Positions 41,233-50,370 of a stretch of 61,169 bases of DNA are shown here, one piece after another. Source of the stretch: Clostridia bacterium (GTDB lineage: Bacteria > Bacillota > Clostridia > TANB77 > CAG-508). Where the stretch lies: NCBI GenBank assembly GCA_017886645.1, contig JAGHJM010000099.1, positions 1 to 61,169 of the forward strand, read 5' to 3'. A program made the position numbers and the translations under genes. Position 1 is the first letter of the stretch. Each line of letters opens with the position of its first letter. The notes under the pieces were generated by a model, which had not been told where the DNA came from, ran no database searches, and saw nothing but the letters and a program-made list of their open reading frames with translations.

Positions 41233-41490
41233 AAACAAAAAACATTTCAATCCTAAAATTATTAGGACGAAATGTTTATATTCCGCGGTACCACCTAATT
41301 TAGAAAAGTAAATCTTTTCTCTCTTATTTTCTCTTTAACGCAGAGTATACGGCTTAGTCTACTATTATTTCAATAAAGCAACTAAAAGGTGATAATAGTT
41401 AGTAAATTTCCTGCTAAAATCTCAGCCACCTTTAGCTCTCTGTAGGCTTTTTAATAACTATCGTGTCCTTTATCTTCGTTTTTATTAATG
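41233..41490 (-). promoter_or_regulatory. T-box leader (riboswitch) upstream of ileS
   Basis: The minus strand has AGAGAG..GGTGGCTGAGA in stem I and a candidate ATC specifier in CTATTATCACC. The T-box sequence is AAATTAGGTGGTACCGCGG (41283-41301). The terminator reads AAACATTTCGTCCTAA..TTAGGATTGAAATGTTTTTTG. Confidence 0.85.
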
Positions 41491-41495
41491 ATGAA

Positions 41496-41524
41496 ATTAT
41501 ATCATCATATAAAATTTTTTTCAA
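41496..41524 (-). promoter_or_regulatory. sigma-A promoter for the ileS leader
   Basis: The minus strand reads TTGAAA, a 17-nt spacer, then TATAAT. Confidence 0.7.
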
Positions 41525-41535
41525 TAGTTTTAACA

Positions 41536-41572
41536 TAAATAATTATCACAAATGATATTTGTGATAATTATT
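41536..41572 (-). terminator. terminator hairpin after the 41579-41962 gene
   Basis: A perfect 17-bp stem, AAATAATTATCACAAAT / ATTTGTGATAATTATTT, has a 3-nt loop in a T-rich context. Confidence 0.7.
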
Positions 41573-41578
41573 TATATT

Positions 41579-41962
41579 TTATTGCCATTCTATTTCATTT
41601 TTATTTAGAATATCTGGATAATATTGATTGTAATAATCATCATAATAGTCATATCCATCATAATATTTATAATAGCTGTTAGAAGGTTCTTTTAATAAAT
41701 CATTTTCATTATTTAATATTTCAGCTATAATACCTATTGATGCAAAACTCATAATTGCACCTATCATAAATGCCATAGCTGATATTATTATACCAGCCAA
41801 AGCATTTCCAAAATTTTGATTTCCAGTTTTATCTTTTCTTATAATATCCAATATAGATAATATTAAGCCTATAATTGATAATAAAAATCCTAGAATACAT
41901 AATATTGGTATCCATCCAATTATTAAACCAATAATTCCTAACACTAGTCCCGCTATTCCCAT
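41579..41962 (-). CDS. DUF4190-like small membrane protein with a Tyr/Asp-rich tail
   Basis: It starts MGIAGLVLGIIGLIIGWIP and has 3 TM helices. The tail reads YYKYYDGYDYYDDYYNQYY. It is a paralogue of 42084-42482. Confidence 0.65.
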   Translation of the reverse strand: MGIAGLVLGIIGLIIGWIPILCILGFLLSIIGLILSILDIIRKDKTGNQNFGNALAGIIISAMAFMIGAIMSFASIGIIAEILNNENDLLKEPSNSYYKYYDGYDYYDDYYNQYYPDILNKNEIEWQ

Positions 41963-42083
41963 ATTTTTTCCTCCATTTTCATACTATTATTATACTTCAA
42001 ATTCTATTATAAGTCAATTAATGTTTACATAAAAATAAGTAGGCATATAATACCTACTTATTTTTCATTTACTAATGTTAAAA

Positions 42084-42482
42084 TTAGTTTAAGAAATCAT
42101 AATAATCATAGTCATAATCATAATAACTATTATAGTTACTGTTGTTGTAATAATCATCTAAGCTTCTTTCAAGATTTCTAAGATTGTCCTCTATAGAATT
42201 AAGATCCATATTTTCTATGCTATCTGATGCTGCTCCATAGATTAATAAACCAATTAACAATATAGCTGTCATAATTCCTGATATAACAAAAGCTATTGCT
42301 GAGATAATAATACCTGCAATTCCAGGTCCTTTATTTGGATTGTTTGCTTTATGTTTTTTTACTATATCTACTATTGACAAAACTAGACCCACAATTGCCA
42401 TAATAAATCCTACTACACCTACTAGAGGTATCCATCCTATAATGAGTGCAATAATTCCTAATACTAATCCTGCTATTCCCAT
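42084..42482 (-). CDS. DUF4190-like small membrane protein with a Tyr/Asp/Asn-rich tail
   Basis: It starts MGIAGLVLGIIALIIGWIP, and the tail reads YYNNSNYNSYYDYDYDYYDF. Confidence 0.65.
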   Translation of the reverse strand: MGIAGLVLGIIALIIGWIPLVGVVGFIMAIVGLVLSIVDIVKKHKANNPNKGPGIAGIIISAIAFVISGIMTAILLIGLLIYGAASDSIENMDLNSIEDNLRNLERSLDDYYNNSNYNSYYDYDYDYYDFLN

Positions 42483-42676
42483 TTTATTTCCTCCTTATTT
42501 TACTATGTTTATATTATATTTATAATAACTTTAAATGTCAACCATGAACAAAGATTATAACAAATAAAAAAATATTTTTAGTATAAATTTTTTAGTATAT
42601 TTTGTCATTTTTCTATTGAATTTATCTAAATTTTGATATAGTATTATATAAAATAAAAATATTTACGGAGGAAGCC

Positions 42677-43636
42677 ATGCCAAGAAAAGCTAAAGATGAA
42701 AAAAATATAAAATCAGAAGAAGAAGTAAAAGAAAAGAAAAAAACTACTAAATCTACTACAAGAAAAACATCTAGTAAAGCAAATGCAAATACTACTAAAG
42801 CAACTGCTAAAAAGTCTTCTGCAAAGAGTTCAACTACCAAAACAGCTTCTGCTAAAAAAGCTTCTAAATCTGACTCAGAAGAAACTGTAAAAAAAGCTAC
42901 AAGAAAAACTACTAAAAAAACTTCTAATTCAGTAACACCAAAAGCTACTAAATCTAGTACAAAAAAAACTACATCTAAAACTACCAAAAAGACTGCAAGT
43001 ACTAGAAAAACAGCAAAAGCTTCTAAATCTGATAAGGATGACATATTAGATGAACCAAAAGTTGAAATTATTGAATATTATGATTTACCATATAGATATA
43101 ATCAAACTGTTGTAAAAATCTTAGCACAAACTCCAAATGTTTTATTTGTTTATTGGGATATTTCCGATATTGATAGAGAAAATTTTATAAATAATTATGG
43201 AAATGATTTCTTTAACAATACTATCCCTATACTTCTTGTAATAAATAAAACAATGAATTATTCATATGAAGTTGAAATAAACGATTTTGCTAATAGTTGG
43301 TATCTTCATGTTAATGATGCAAATTGTGAATATAAAGTAGAATTAGGTCGCAGGACTAAAATTAATTCAGATTATTATCACATAACTACTTCTAATGATT
43401 TAAATATGCCTAATGACCATATTTTATTTGAAAACATACCTGATAAAGTTTTATTTAGGAATGTTAAAACACAAGAATCAATTGAAAAACCTATTACTAC
43501 TATTAAATTTTTCAAAGAGTTTGCTAAGAGTAAAGATTTTTATAATTATTTCAAAAAATTACTTAATGATGAACTTACGGAAGATGGCATAAAATTGACT
43601 TTACCTTCTTCACATACTAGTTCAAGTTTTAAATAA
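42677..43636 (+). CDS. DUF4912-like protein with a Lys/Thr/Ser-rich N-terminal region
   Basis: GGAGG precedes the ATG. The first ~120 aa are K/T/S/A repeats, and the C-terminal part is globular (YDLPYRYNQT..VYWDIS). It sits directly upstream of a GH57 gene, which is the usual context for this family. Confidence 0.55.
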   Translation: MPRKAKDEKNIKSEEEVKEKKKTTKSTTRKTSSKANANTTKATAKKSSAKSSTTKTASAKKASKSDSEETVKKATRKTTKKTSNSVTPKATKSSTKKTTSKTTKKTASTRKTAKASKSDKDDILDEPKVEIIEYYDLPYRYNQTVVKILAQTPNVLFVYWDISDIDRENFINNYGNDFFNNTIPILLVINKTMNYSYEVEINDFANSWYLHVNDANCEYKVELGRRTKINSDYYHITTSNDLNMPNDHILFENIPDKVLFRNVKTQESIEKPITTIKFFKEFAKSKDFYNYFKKLLNDELTEDGIKLTLPSSHTSSSFK

Positions 43637-43648
43637 AAGGAGAAAATT

Positions 43649-45238
43649 ATGTCAAAAGAAAAAGGCTACGTTAGCTTTGTATTACATGCACATTTGCCTT
43701 TTGTTCATCATCCTGAAAGTGAGGATTATTTGGAAGAACAATGGTTATACGAAGCTATGTCAGAAACATATATACCATTACTTACAAATTTCAAAAAATT
43801 GGAGGAGGAAAAAGTTGACTTTAGAATTACAATGTCACTTACTCCCCCTCTTCTTAATATGCTTGATAATAAAATGCTTCAAGAAAGATATATATAATAT
43901 TTAAACACTCATATAGAACTTGCTAAAAAGGAAGTAGTAAGAACAAAGTATGATGAAAGGCTAAATAATTTAGCCAAATATTATGTTGATAAATATTCCA
44001 ATGACTTACATATTTTTAAAGATATTTATAACTGTAATCTAATTCAAGGTTTTAAACATTTTCAAGATATTGGAGTTTTGGAAATAATAACATGTGGAGC
44101 AACACATGGATATTTTCCTATTTTATATGTAAATGAAAAGGCTGTTAAAGCCCAAATTGCAGTTGGTGTTAAAACCTATGAAAAATATTTTGGTAAGAAG
44201 CCAAATGGAATTTGGCTTCCTGAATGTGGATATATACCAGAAGCAGATAAATACTTAAAAGAATTTGGAATAAAATATATTATTACCGAAACTCATGGTA
44301 TTTTATATGCAAATCCAGCACCTGTATATGGAACATATGCTCCTATTGTCTCCCCTGAAGGAGTTATTGCCTTTGGTAGGGATTTAGAATCATCAAGGCA
44401 GGTTTGGAGTTCTATTAATGGGTATCCTGGTGATTTTAACTATAGAGAATTTTACAGAGATATTGGCTATGATGTTGACTATGATTATATAAAGCCTTAT
44501 ATTGCTTCAAACGGTGCTAGAGTTCATACTGGAATAAAATATTATAGAATTACAGGAAAAGATTGCGAAAAAGATTTATATAACTTACAATGGGCTAAAG
44601 ATTCTGCAGAAAAACAAGCTGGGCATTTTTTTGATAGTAGAGAAAAGCAAATAACTAGTCTTGCATCTTCTATGTCTAATCCACCTATAATACTATGTCC
44701 TTATGATGCGGAATTATATGGACACTGGTGGTATGAAGGTCCATATTGGCTTTATGTGTTATTTAAAAAGATATATTATGATAAATGTGACTTTAAATTA
44801 ATAACTCCAAGTGAATATATTGAAAAATATCCTTTAATGCAGGTATCCACTCCTTGCCGTTCTAGTTGGGGAGCTAATGGATATAGTGAAGTTTGGTTAA
44901 ATCAAACAAATGATTATGTTCATAGGCATCTTCATGTTGCAGCAGATAGAATGGTTGAACTTGCGAACTTATTTCCTGATGAAAATAACGAATTAAAAAA
45001 ATCTGCATTAAATCAATGTGCAAGAGAATTATTACTTGCCCAAAGTAGTGATTGGCTATTTATTATAACTAATGGTACTATGGTGGATTATGCTAAAAAG
45101 CGAATAAAAGATCATATTGGTAGGTTTACTAAATTATATTATCAAATCTTAGATAATAATATTGATAAAGATTTCTTAAATGATATTCAGGAAAAGGATT
45201 GCATTTTCCCAGAAATAGATTATATGATTTATAAATAA
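43649..45238 (+). pseudogene. GH57-family glycoside hydrolase (alpha-glucan branching-enzyme-like) interrupted by one in-frame TAA at 43895-43897
   Basis: ORFs 43649-43897 and 44078-45238 are in the same frame. I read 43898-44077 codon by codon and found no further stop. The N-terminus reads GYVSFVLHAHLPFV, and later regions read CGATHGYFPIL and WLPECGY. Confidence 0.75.
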
Positions 45239-45278
45239 GTACTAAATGCAATATCCCCTAAATTAGATACTATAAAAT

Positions 45279-45315
45279 AAGGCTCGATATAATTTAAAAA
45301 ATTATATTGAGCCTT
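45279..45315. terminator. bidirectional terminator between the GH57 gene and the ytxC-like gene
   Basis: The hairpin is AAGGCTCGATATAATTT / AATTATATTGAGCCTT. Confidence 0.7.
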
Positions 45316-45349
45316 AGAAGATATTATAAATCATTTAGCTAAATGTATT

Positions 45350-46189
45350 TTATTTGGCATTATTTATAATTTTATATGTTCTACATATATTGCAGTCACT
45401 ACATATATATACTCTTTCTTCAAATATTAATTTAAGCGTATTAATAAATTCATCTTGTTTTGTAATTAAATGAATATTTATTTTTTTAGGTAATAGTGAT
45501 AGTAACGCATTTAGTGCAAAATCATTTGATGAAAAAGAAATATCAGATAAATATTTAGTATTAAATGCATTGTTTGAAATAGTAATTATATCTTTATTCC
45601 TGTCTAATAAAATTGATTCTCCATTTGTATAAATTAAGTGTACCTCATCTGTTTCGGCTTCTTTAGAATTTACATACATCTTTAGCAAACTAATAAATTC
45701 TGCATATTCCTTATCTAGAATGTATTTGTTTACCCCATCATCTATTATTTCATCTACTTTTTTTATATATTCTTTTATCCTAAAAGTTACAAAACCATCT
45801 AATATCATTGATTTATTTTCTTTTACATATTTTAATACCTCTTTTTTTATAATATTATATATAGTTTTATTTCTCTCATTTGCCAAAATCTTTATACAGT
45901 TTTTTTCTATCTCATTACATTCAAATTCATCAAAATAAAAATAGTTAAAAAGTAGTATCTTTCTTACTATAATATTTTCATAAAACTTTAATATAGTATC
46001 TGCAATTACAATACATAGTATTTTATAAAATTCCTCAATTTTGCTTCCAGAATAATGTATTATAAAGTTATAATATATTTTAAATTTTCTATTTATATAA
46101 GAAATATTTTCAAAATCTATTTTCTCAAATTTGTTTAGTAGATAATCTATTATTTCTTTATTATTTGTCTTAATACAAAACGATTTCAT
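45350..46189 (-). CDS. ytxC: YtxC-like sporulation protein
   Basis: Its size, composition and general sequence pattern fit YtxC. I assigned the family from memory. Confidence 0.45.
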   Translation of the reverse strand: MKSFCIKTNNKEIIDYLLNKFEKIDFENISYINRKFKIYYNFIIHYSGSKIEEFYKILCIVIADTILKFYENIIVRKILLFNYFYFDEFECNEIEKNCIKILANERNKTIYNIIKKEVLKYVKENKSMILDGFVTFRIKEYIKKVDEIIDDGVNKYILDKEYAEFISLLKMYVNSKEAETDEVHLIYTNGESILLDRNKDIITISNNAFNTKYLSDISFSSNDFALNALLSLLPKKINIHLITKQDEFINTLKLIFEERVYICSDCNICRTYKIINNAK

Positions 46190-46287
46190 TATGAGACTTC
46201 TCCTTTCAATATGTATTATTATCTACTAAATAGCTTTCATATATACATATTTTATTCGTAAAAGCCTCATTTGGTAACATGTTCTAA

Positions 46288-48900
46288 TTAGTTATTTGTT
46301 TTATATTTATAAATTACTTTTCCAAATTTTATTTCATTAAACTTTTTCTGAAGTTCAATTATAAATACAGGCATAATTGAAATTATAATTGTTATAATCC
46401 ATTGAATATAGTTAAGTTGAGTTAATTTAAATACATTTGCTATGCTTGGAATAAATACTATTATTACCTGCAAAAATACACCTATTAAAAAAGCACCTAT
46501 TAAATATTTATTTTTAAATACATTACTTTTAAAAATTGATTTTTCTGTACTTATATTAAAGCAGTGAATTAATTCTAACATTCCTAAACTAATAAATGCC
46601 ATTGTTCTTCCTACTTCTATTCCGTAATATCTATTACCTATTGCAAATGCAAGTATTGTAAGCATTCCTATCATAAATCCTTCTGCTAATATCTTTCCAA
46701 ATAATCCATCTGCAAATATACTTTTTTTAGAATCTCTTGGTGGCTTATTCATTATATCACTTTCAGGCTCTTCTAATCCTAATGCTATAGCTGGTAAAGA
46801 ATCAGTTATTAAATTTATCCATAGCAGTTGTATTGCAAGTAGAGGTGATTTCATTCCTAGTAGTAATCCTACAAATATAGTAACTATTTCTCCAATATTT
46901 GTCGATATTAAAAAATGTATTGCTTTTTTTATATTATCAAAGATATTTCTTCCTTGTTTTACTGCTTCTACAATTGTTACAAAATTATCATCATTTAATA
47001 TCATGTCAGATGCATTTTTTGCAACATCTGTTCCTTTTAATCCCATAGCAATTCCTATATCTGCCTTTTTTAGGGCTGGTGCATCATTCACACCATCTCC
47101 TGTCATAGCTACTACTGCCCCTGTTTTCTGAAATGTTTTTACTATTCTTACTTTATGTTCAGGTGATACCCTTGCAAACACTGAATAATTCATAATATCT
47201 TTTATTAATTTTTCTTCTGGAATTTTATCTAATTCTTCACCTGTAATTGCCAATTCACCTTCTTTAAGTATTCCCAAATCTTTTGCTATTGCTTTAGCTG
47301 TTGTAATATGATCTCCTGTAATCATTACGGTCTTTATTCCTGCATTTCTACATGATAATACTGCTTCTTTTACTCCTTTCCTTGGTGGATCTATCATTCC
47401 TATCAATCCAACAAATATTAAATTATTTTCTATCTTACTATTTTCTATACTTGTTGGTAGAATATCAATGTCTTCGTATGCAACACCTAATACTCTTAAT
47501 GCCTTTTCAGCCATTCTTTCATTTGTATTTTTAATTTTTGTATAATAATTTTCTAACAAATCATTTTTTATATTATTATTTTCATAAAACTTACATTTAC
47601 TAAGCAATACTTCTGGAGCACCTTTTGTTATTATTCTATATTTGCCATTATTTAATTTTACTATTACAGTCATCAATTTTCTGTTAGAATCAAATGGTAT
47701 TTCATAAACTCTTTCGTATTCGCTTTTATCTACTTTGTTTTCAATAGCTGCTTTAACTATTGCTACTTCTGTTGGTTCTCCTTCTATTTCTCCATGATTA
47801 GTTATCTCGCAATTTGTACATAATAATCCCAATTCTAAAATTTTATTCTTTTCTCCAAAAATTTCTACCACTTTCATATTATTTTCTGTTAAAGTTCCTG
47901 TTTTATCAGAACAAATTACTTTACTGCTTCCTAACGTCTCTACTGCTGGAAGTTTTCTTATTATGCTATTTTTCTTTGCCATCTTAGTTACAGCTATGGA
48001 TAGTATTATTGTTACTATAGCAGGTAGTCCTTCTGGAATTGCTGCAACTGCTAGTCCAACAGATGTCATAAACATTTCCATTATAGATATATTTTTTATT
48101 ATTCCTATTATAAAAATGACTACACAAATAGCTAAGCAAGCTATTCCTAACGTTTTTCCAACTTCTCCTAGCTTTTTTTGAATAGGAGTAGTTGGAGATT
48201 CATTTGTAATAATCATTTTTGCAATTTTTCCAACTTCTGTATCCATTCCAATACCTATTACTATTCCTTCTGCATGTCCATTCGTAGCAACTGTTCCGCT
48301 AAACGCCATATTAGTTATATCTCCTAACGACATTTTTTTACTATTTAATATTTCATTTTCATCCTTCAATACTGCCTCTGTTTCTCCTGTTAAACTTGAT
48401 TCTTCTACCTTAAAATTATATGTATTTGCTAGTCTAACATCTGCAGGAATATAGTTACCTGCTTCTAATATTATGATATCTCCTGGTACTATATCTTCCC
48501 CATTTATAATTTGAATTTTTCCATCTCTTTTAACTTTAGCTGTTGGCGACGTCATCTTTTTTAAAGCTTCTATAGATTTTTCAGCTTTTACTTCTTGTAT
48601 TAATCCCATTATTCCATTAAAAATAACTATTGCTATTATTATTATTGAATCAAAATAATCTCCTGTTCCTTCTACTTTACTTACAATAGCTGAAACTATT
48701 GCCGCTATTATTAATGTAATTATCATAAAGTCATTAAATTGTTTTATAAACTTTATAAAAATATTCTCTTTTTTTCCTTCTTGAATTATATTTTTACCAT
48801 ATTTTATTTGTCTTTCTGTTACTTCTTTATTTTTTAATCCCAATCTAACGGTTGTCCTAAGTTTTCTTTCAATTTCATCAATCTTATAAGTATACCACAT
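46288..48900 (-). CDS. P-type cation-transporting ATPase (Ca2+-ATPase-like, P2 type)
   Basis: It carries TGES, CSDKTGTLT and MTGDGVNDAPALK, with about 10 TM helices. Confidence 0.9.
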   Translation of the reverse strand: MWYTYKIDEIERKLRTTVRLGLKNKEVTERQIKYGKNIIQEGKKENIFIKFIKQFNDFMIITLIIAAIVSAIVSKVEGTGDYFDSIIIIAIVIFNGIMGLIQEVKAEKSIEALKKMTSPTAKVKRDGKIQIINGEDIVPGDIIILEAGNYIPADVRLANTYNFKVEESSLTGETEAVLKDENEILNSKKMSLGDITNMAFSGTVATNGHAEGIVIGIGMDTEVGKIAKMIITNESPTTPIQKKLGEVGKTLGIACLAICVVIFIIGIIKNISIMEMFMTSVGLAVAAIPEGLPAIVTIILSIAVTKMAKKNSIIRKLPAVETLGSSKVICSDKTGTLTENNMKVVEIFGEKNKILELGLLCTNCEITNHGEIEGEPTEVAIVKAAIENKVDKSEYERVYEIPFDSNRKLMTVIVKLNNGKYRIITKGAPEVLLSKCKFYENNNIKNDLLENYYTKIKNTNERMAEKALRVLGVAYEDIDILPTSIENSKIENNLIFVGLIGMIDPPRKGVKEAVLSCRNAGIKTVMITGDHITTAKAIAKDLGILKEGELAITGEELDKIPEEKLIKDIMNYSVFARVSPEHKVRIVKTFQKTGAVVAMTGDGVNDAPALKKADIGIAMGLKGTDVAKNASDMILNDDNFVTIVEAVKQGRNIFDNIKKAIHFLISTNIGEIVTIFVGLLLGMKSPLLAIQLLWINLITDSLPAIALGLEEPESDIMNKPPRDSKKSIFADGLFGKILAEGFMIGMLTILAFAIGNRYYGIEVGRTMAFISLGMLELIHCFNISTEKSIFKSNVFKNKYLIGAFLIGVFLQVIIVFIPSIANVFKLTQLNYIQWIITIIISIMPVFIIELQKKFNEIKFGKVIYKYKTNN

Positions 48901-49015
48901 ATAAATCTCTCCTTTTGTATTAGTTTATTAATCTATATGCTTATACTATTTTTTTATTCCTATATTTCACTTTATCAATTAGTTAACATATTATATCAAT
49001 AGGGGGGGTGATTCA

Positions 49016-49639
49016 ATGCTTATTGCTATTATAATACTTGCTCTATCAGTTAGTATTGATTCTTTTGGAATTGGAATTACATACGGAATTAGAAATACTA
49101 CTTTGCCAATATCTTCAAAATTTATACTAGTTGTAATATCCTTCTTGTTTTCTTTTTTTGCAGTATTTATAGGTAACACTTTGTTATCACTACTATCAGA
49201 TACTATGATTAAAATTATAAGTGTGGGATTATTAATTTTATTAGGTCTTTGGATTATATATATATCTATAAGAGAAGATAATCCAAAAGAAATTAAGACT
49301 CATAAAATTTTTTTTAAAACTTTTGGAATTACCATTCAAATTATTAAAAATCCTTCATCTTCGGACTTAAATGATTCCAAAAACATTGAAAAAAATGAAG
49401 CAGTATATCTTGCTACTGCCCTTTCTTTAGATTCTATTTGTGTAGGAATTTCAAGTTCATCATTTGGATTTTATAATGTTTTATTTCCTATTTTAGTTCC
49501 TTTATTTCAATTTATATTTATAAATTTAGGAATAAAACTTGGAAAAAAGATAATTTTAATAAATTCCAATTTGCTAAAGTTTTGGAATATCTTATCTGGT
49601 GTACTTTTAATTATAATTGGTCTTTTTAGATTATTTTAA
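49016..49639 (+). CDS. ytaF: YtaF-like sporulation membrane protein (MntP-related)
   Basis: It carries LALSVSIDSFGIGITYGIR and is polytopic. GGGGGGTGA precedes the ATG. Confidence 0.65.
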   Translation: MLIAIIILALSVSIDSFGIGITYGIRNTTLPISSKFILVVISFLFSFFAVFIGNTLLSLLSDTMIKIISVGLLILLGLWIIYISIREDNPKEIKTHKIFFKTFGITIQIIKNPSSSDLNDSKNIEKNEAVYLATALSLDSICVGISSSSFGFYNVLFPILVPLFQFIFINLGIKLGKKIILINSNLLKFWNILSGVLLIIIGLFRLF

Positions 49640-49672
49640 AAAAGCACCTTAAAATATTTTTAAGGTGCTTTT
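49640..49672. terminator. bidirectional terminator
   Basis: The hairpin is AAAAGCACCTTA-aaatatttt-TAAGGTGCTTTT. Confidence 0.8.
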
Positions 49673-49676
49673 TTAT

Positions 49677-50330
49677 TTATTTTTCATTCGCTTGTAATTT
49701 TCTTAATTTATTTTCACGTTTTACTGTAACTACTAATATTGAAATAGCATATATAAATAATCCCACTGGTACAACATATGCATCTATTGGATATCTTGTT
49801 ATTGCAAGTAGCCCTACATATACAGCCTCTGTACCTACTACTCCTACTATATATTTTCCTAATGTTCTAAATACTCCAAGTTTTCTAAAACGTATCATTG
49901 CATATATGAATACTAGAAGTGTACAAATTCCTATTGGTATAACGTATGTTTTTGCAATATCATATAATCTAACTTTTGGGTTATGTGTAACATTTATATC
50001 ATCTACAGTATTCTCTAATTCATATTTTTCATTTATTTTATTATTTAGTTCTTCTAATTTTGGTTGTAATTCTTCATCAGATTTTTCTTCTAATGTAAAA
50101 GATACCATATCATTATAAAGTTCTACTTTTTGCACTATTACACTCTCGTCTGGAAATACTTCTTTAGCAATATTCATCATATCTTTATTTTCAAATTCTT
50201 GTCCTATTTTTACATATATTGTTACATTTCTTTTATATTGCACACTTTTATTGAATCCGTTTACTCCAACTACAATCCCACCTGCAATAATTATTGCTAT
50301 CAATATAAAGTAACTAATTTTTTTTAACAT
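49677..50330 (-). CDS. membrane protein, truncated SecF-like architecture
   Basis: One TM helix and an extracytoplasmic alpha/beta domain of about 110 aa are followed by only 3 TM helices. The assignment is weak. Confidence 0.3.
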   Translation of the reverse strand: MLKKISYFILIAIIIAGGIVVGVNGFNKSVQYKRNVTIYVKIGQEFENKDMMNIAKEVFPDESVIVQKVELYNDMVSFTLEEKSDEELQPKLEELNNKINEKYELENTVDDINVTHNPKVRLYDIAKTYVIPIGICTLLVFIYAMIRFRKLGVFRTLGKYIVGVVGTEAVYVGLLAITRYPIDAYVVPVGLFIYAISILVVTVKRENKLRKLQANEK

Positions 50331-50370
50331 TTTTATATCTCTCCCTCGTTTCTTAGCATTTTACCTAGTA

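Noticed and set aside
42622-43044. A 140-aa minus-strand ORF rich in L/V/F.
   Set aside because: It is the mirror image of the Lys/Thr/Ser repeat region of the plus-strand DUF4912-like gene and has no start signals.
43895-43897. The TAA might be a recoded or reassigned codon under an alternative genetic code.
   Set aside because: TAA is the ordinary stop for many well-defined genes in this window, so reassignment is implausible. A nonsense mutation or a base-call error is simpler.
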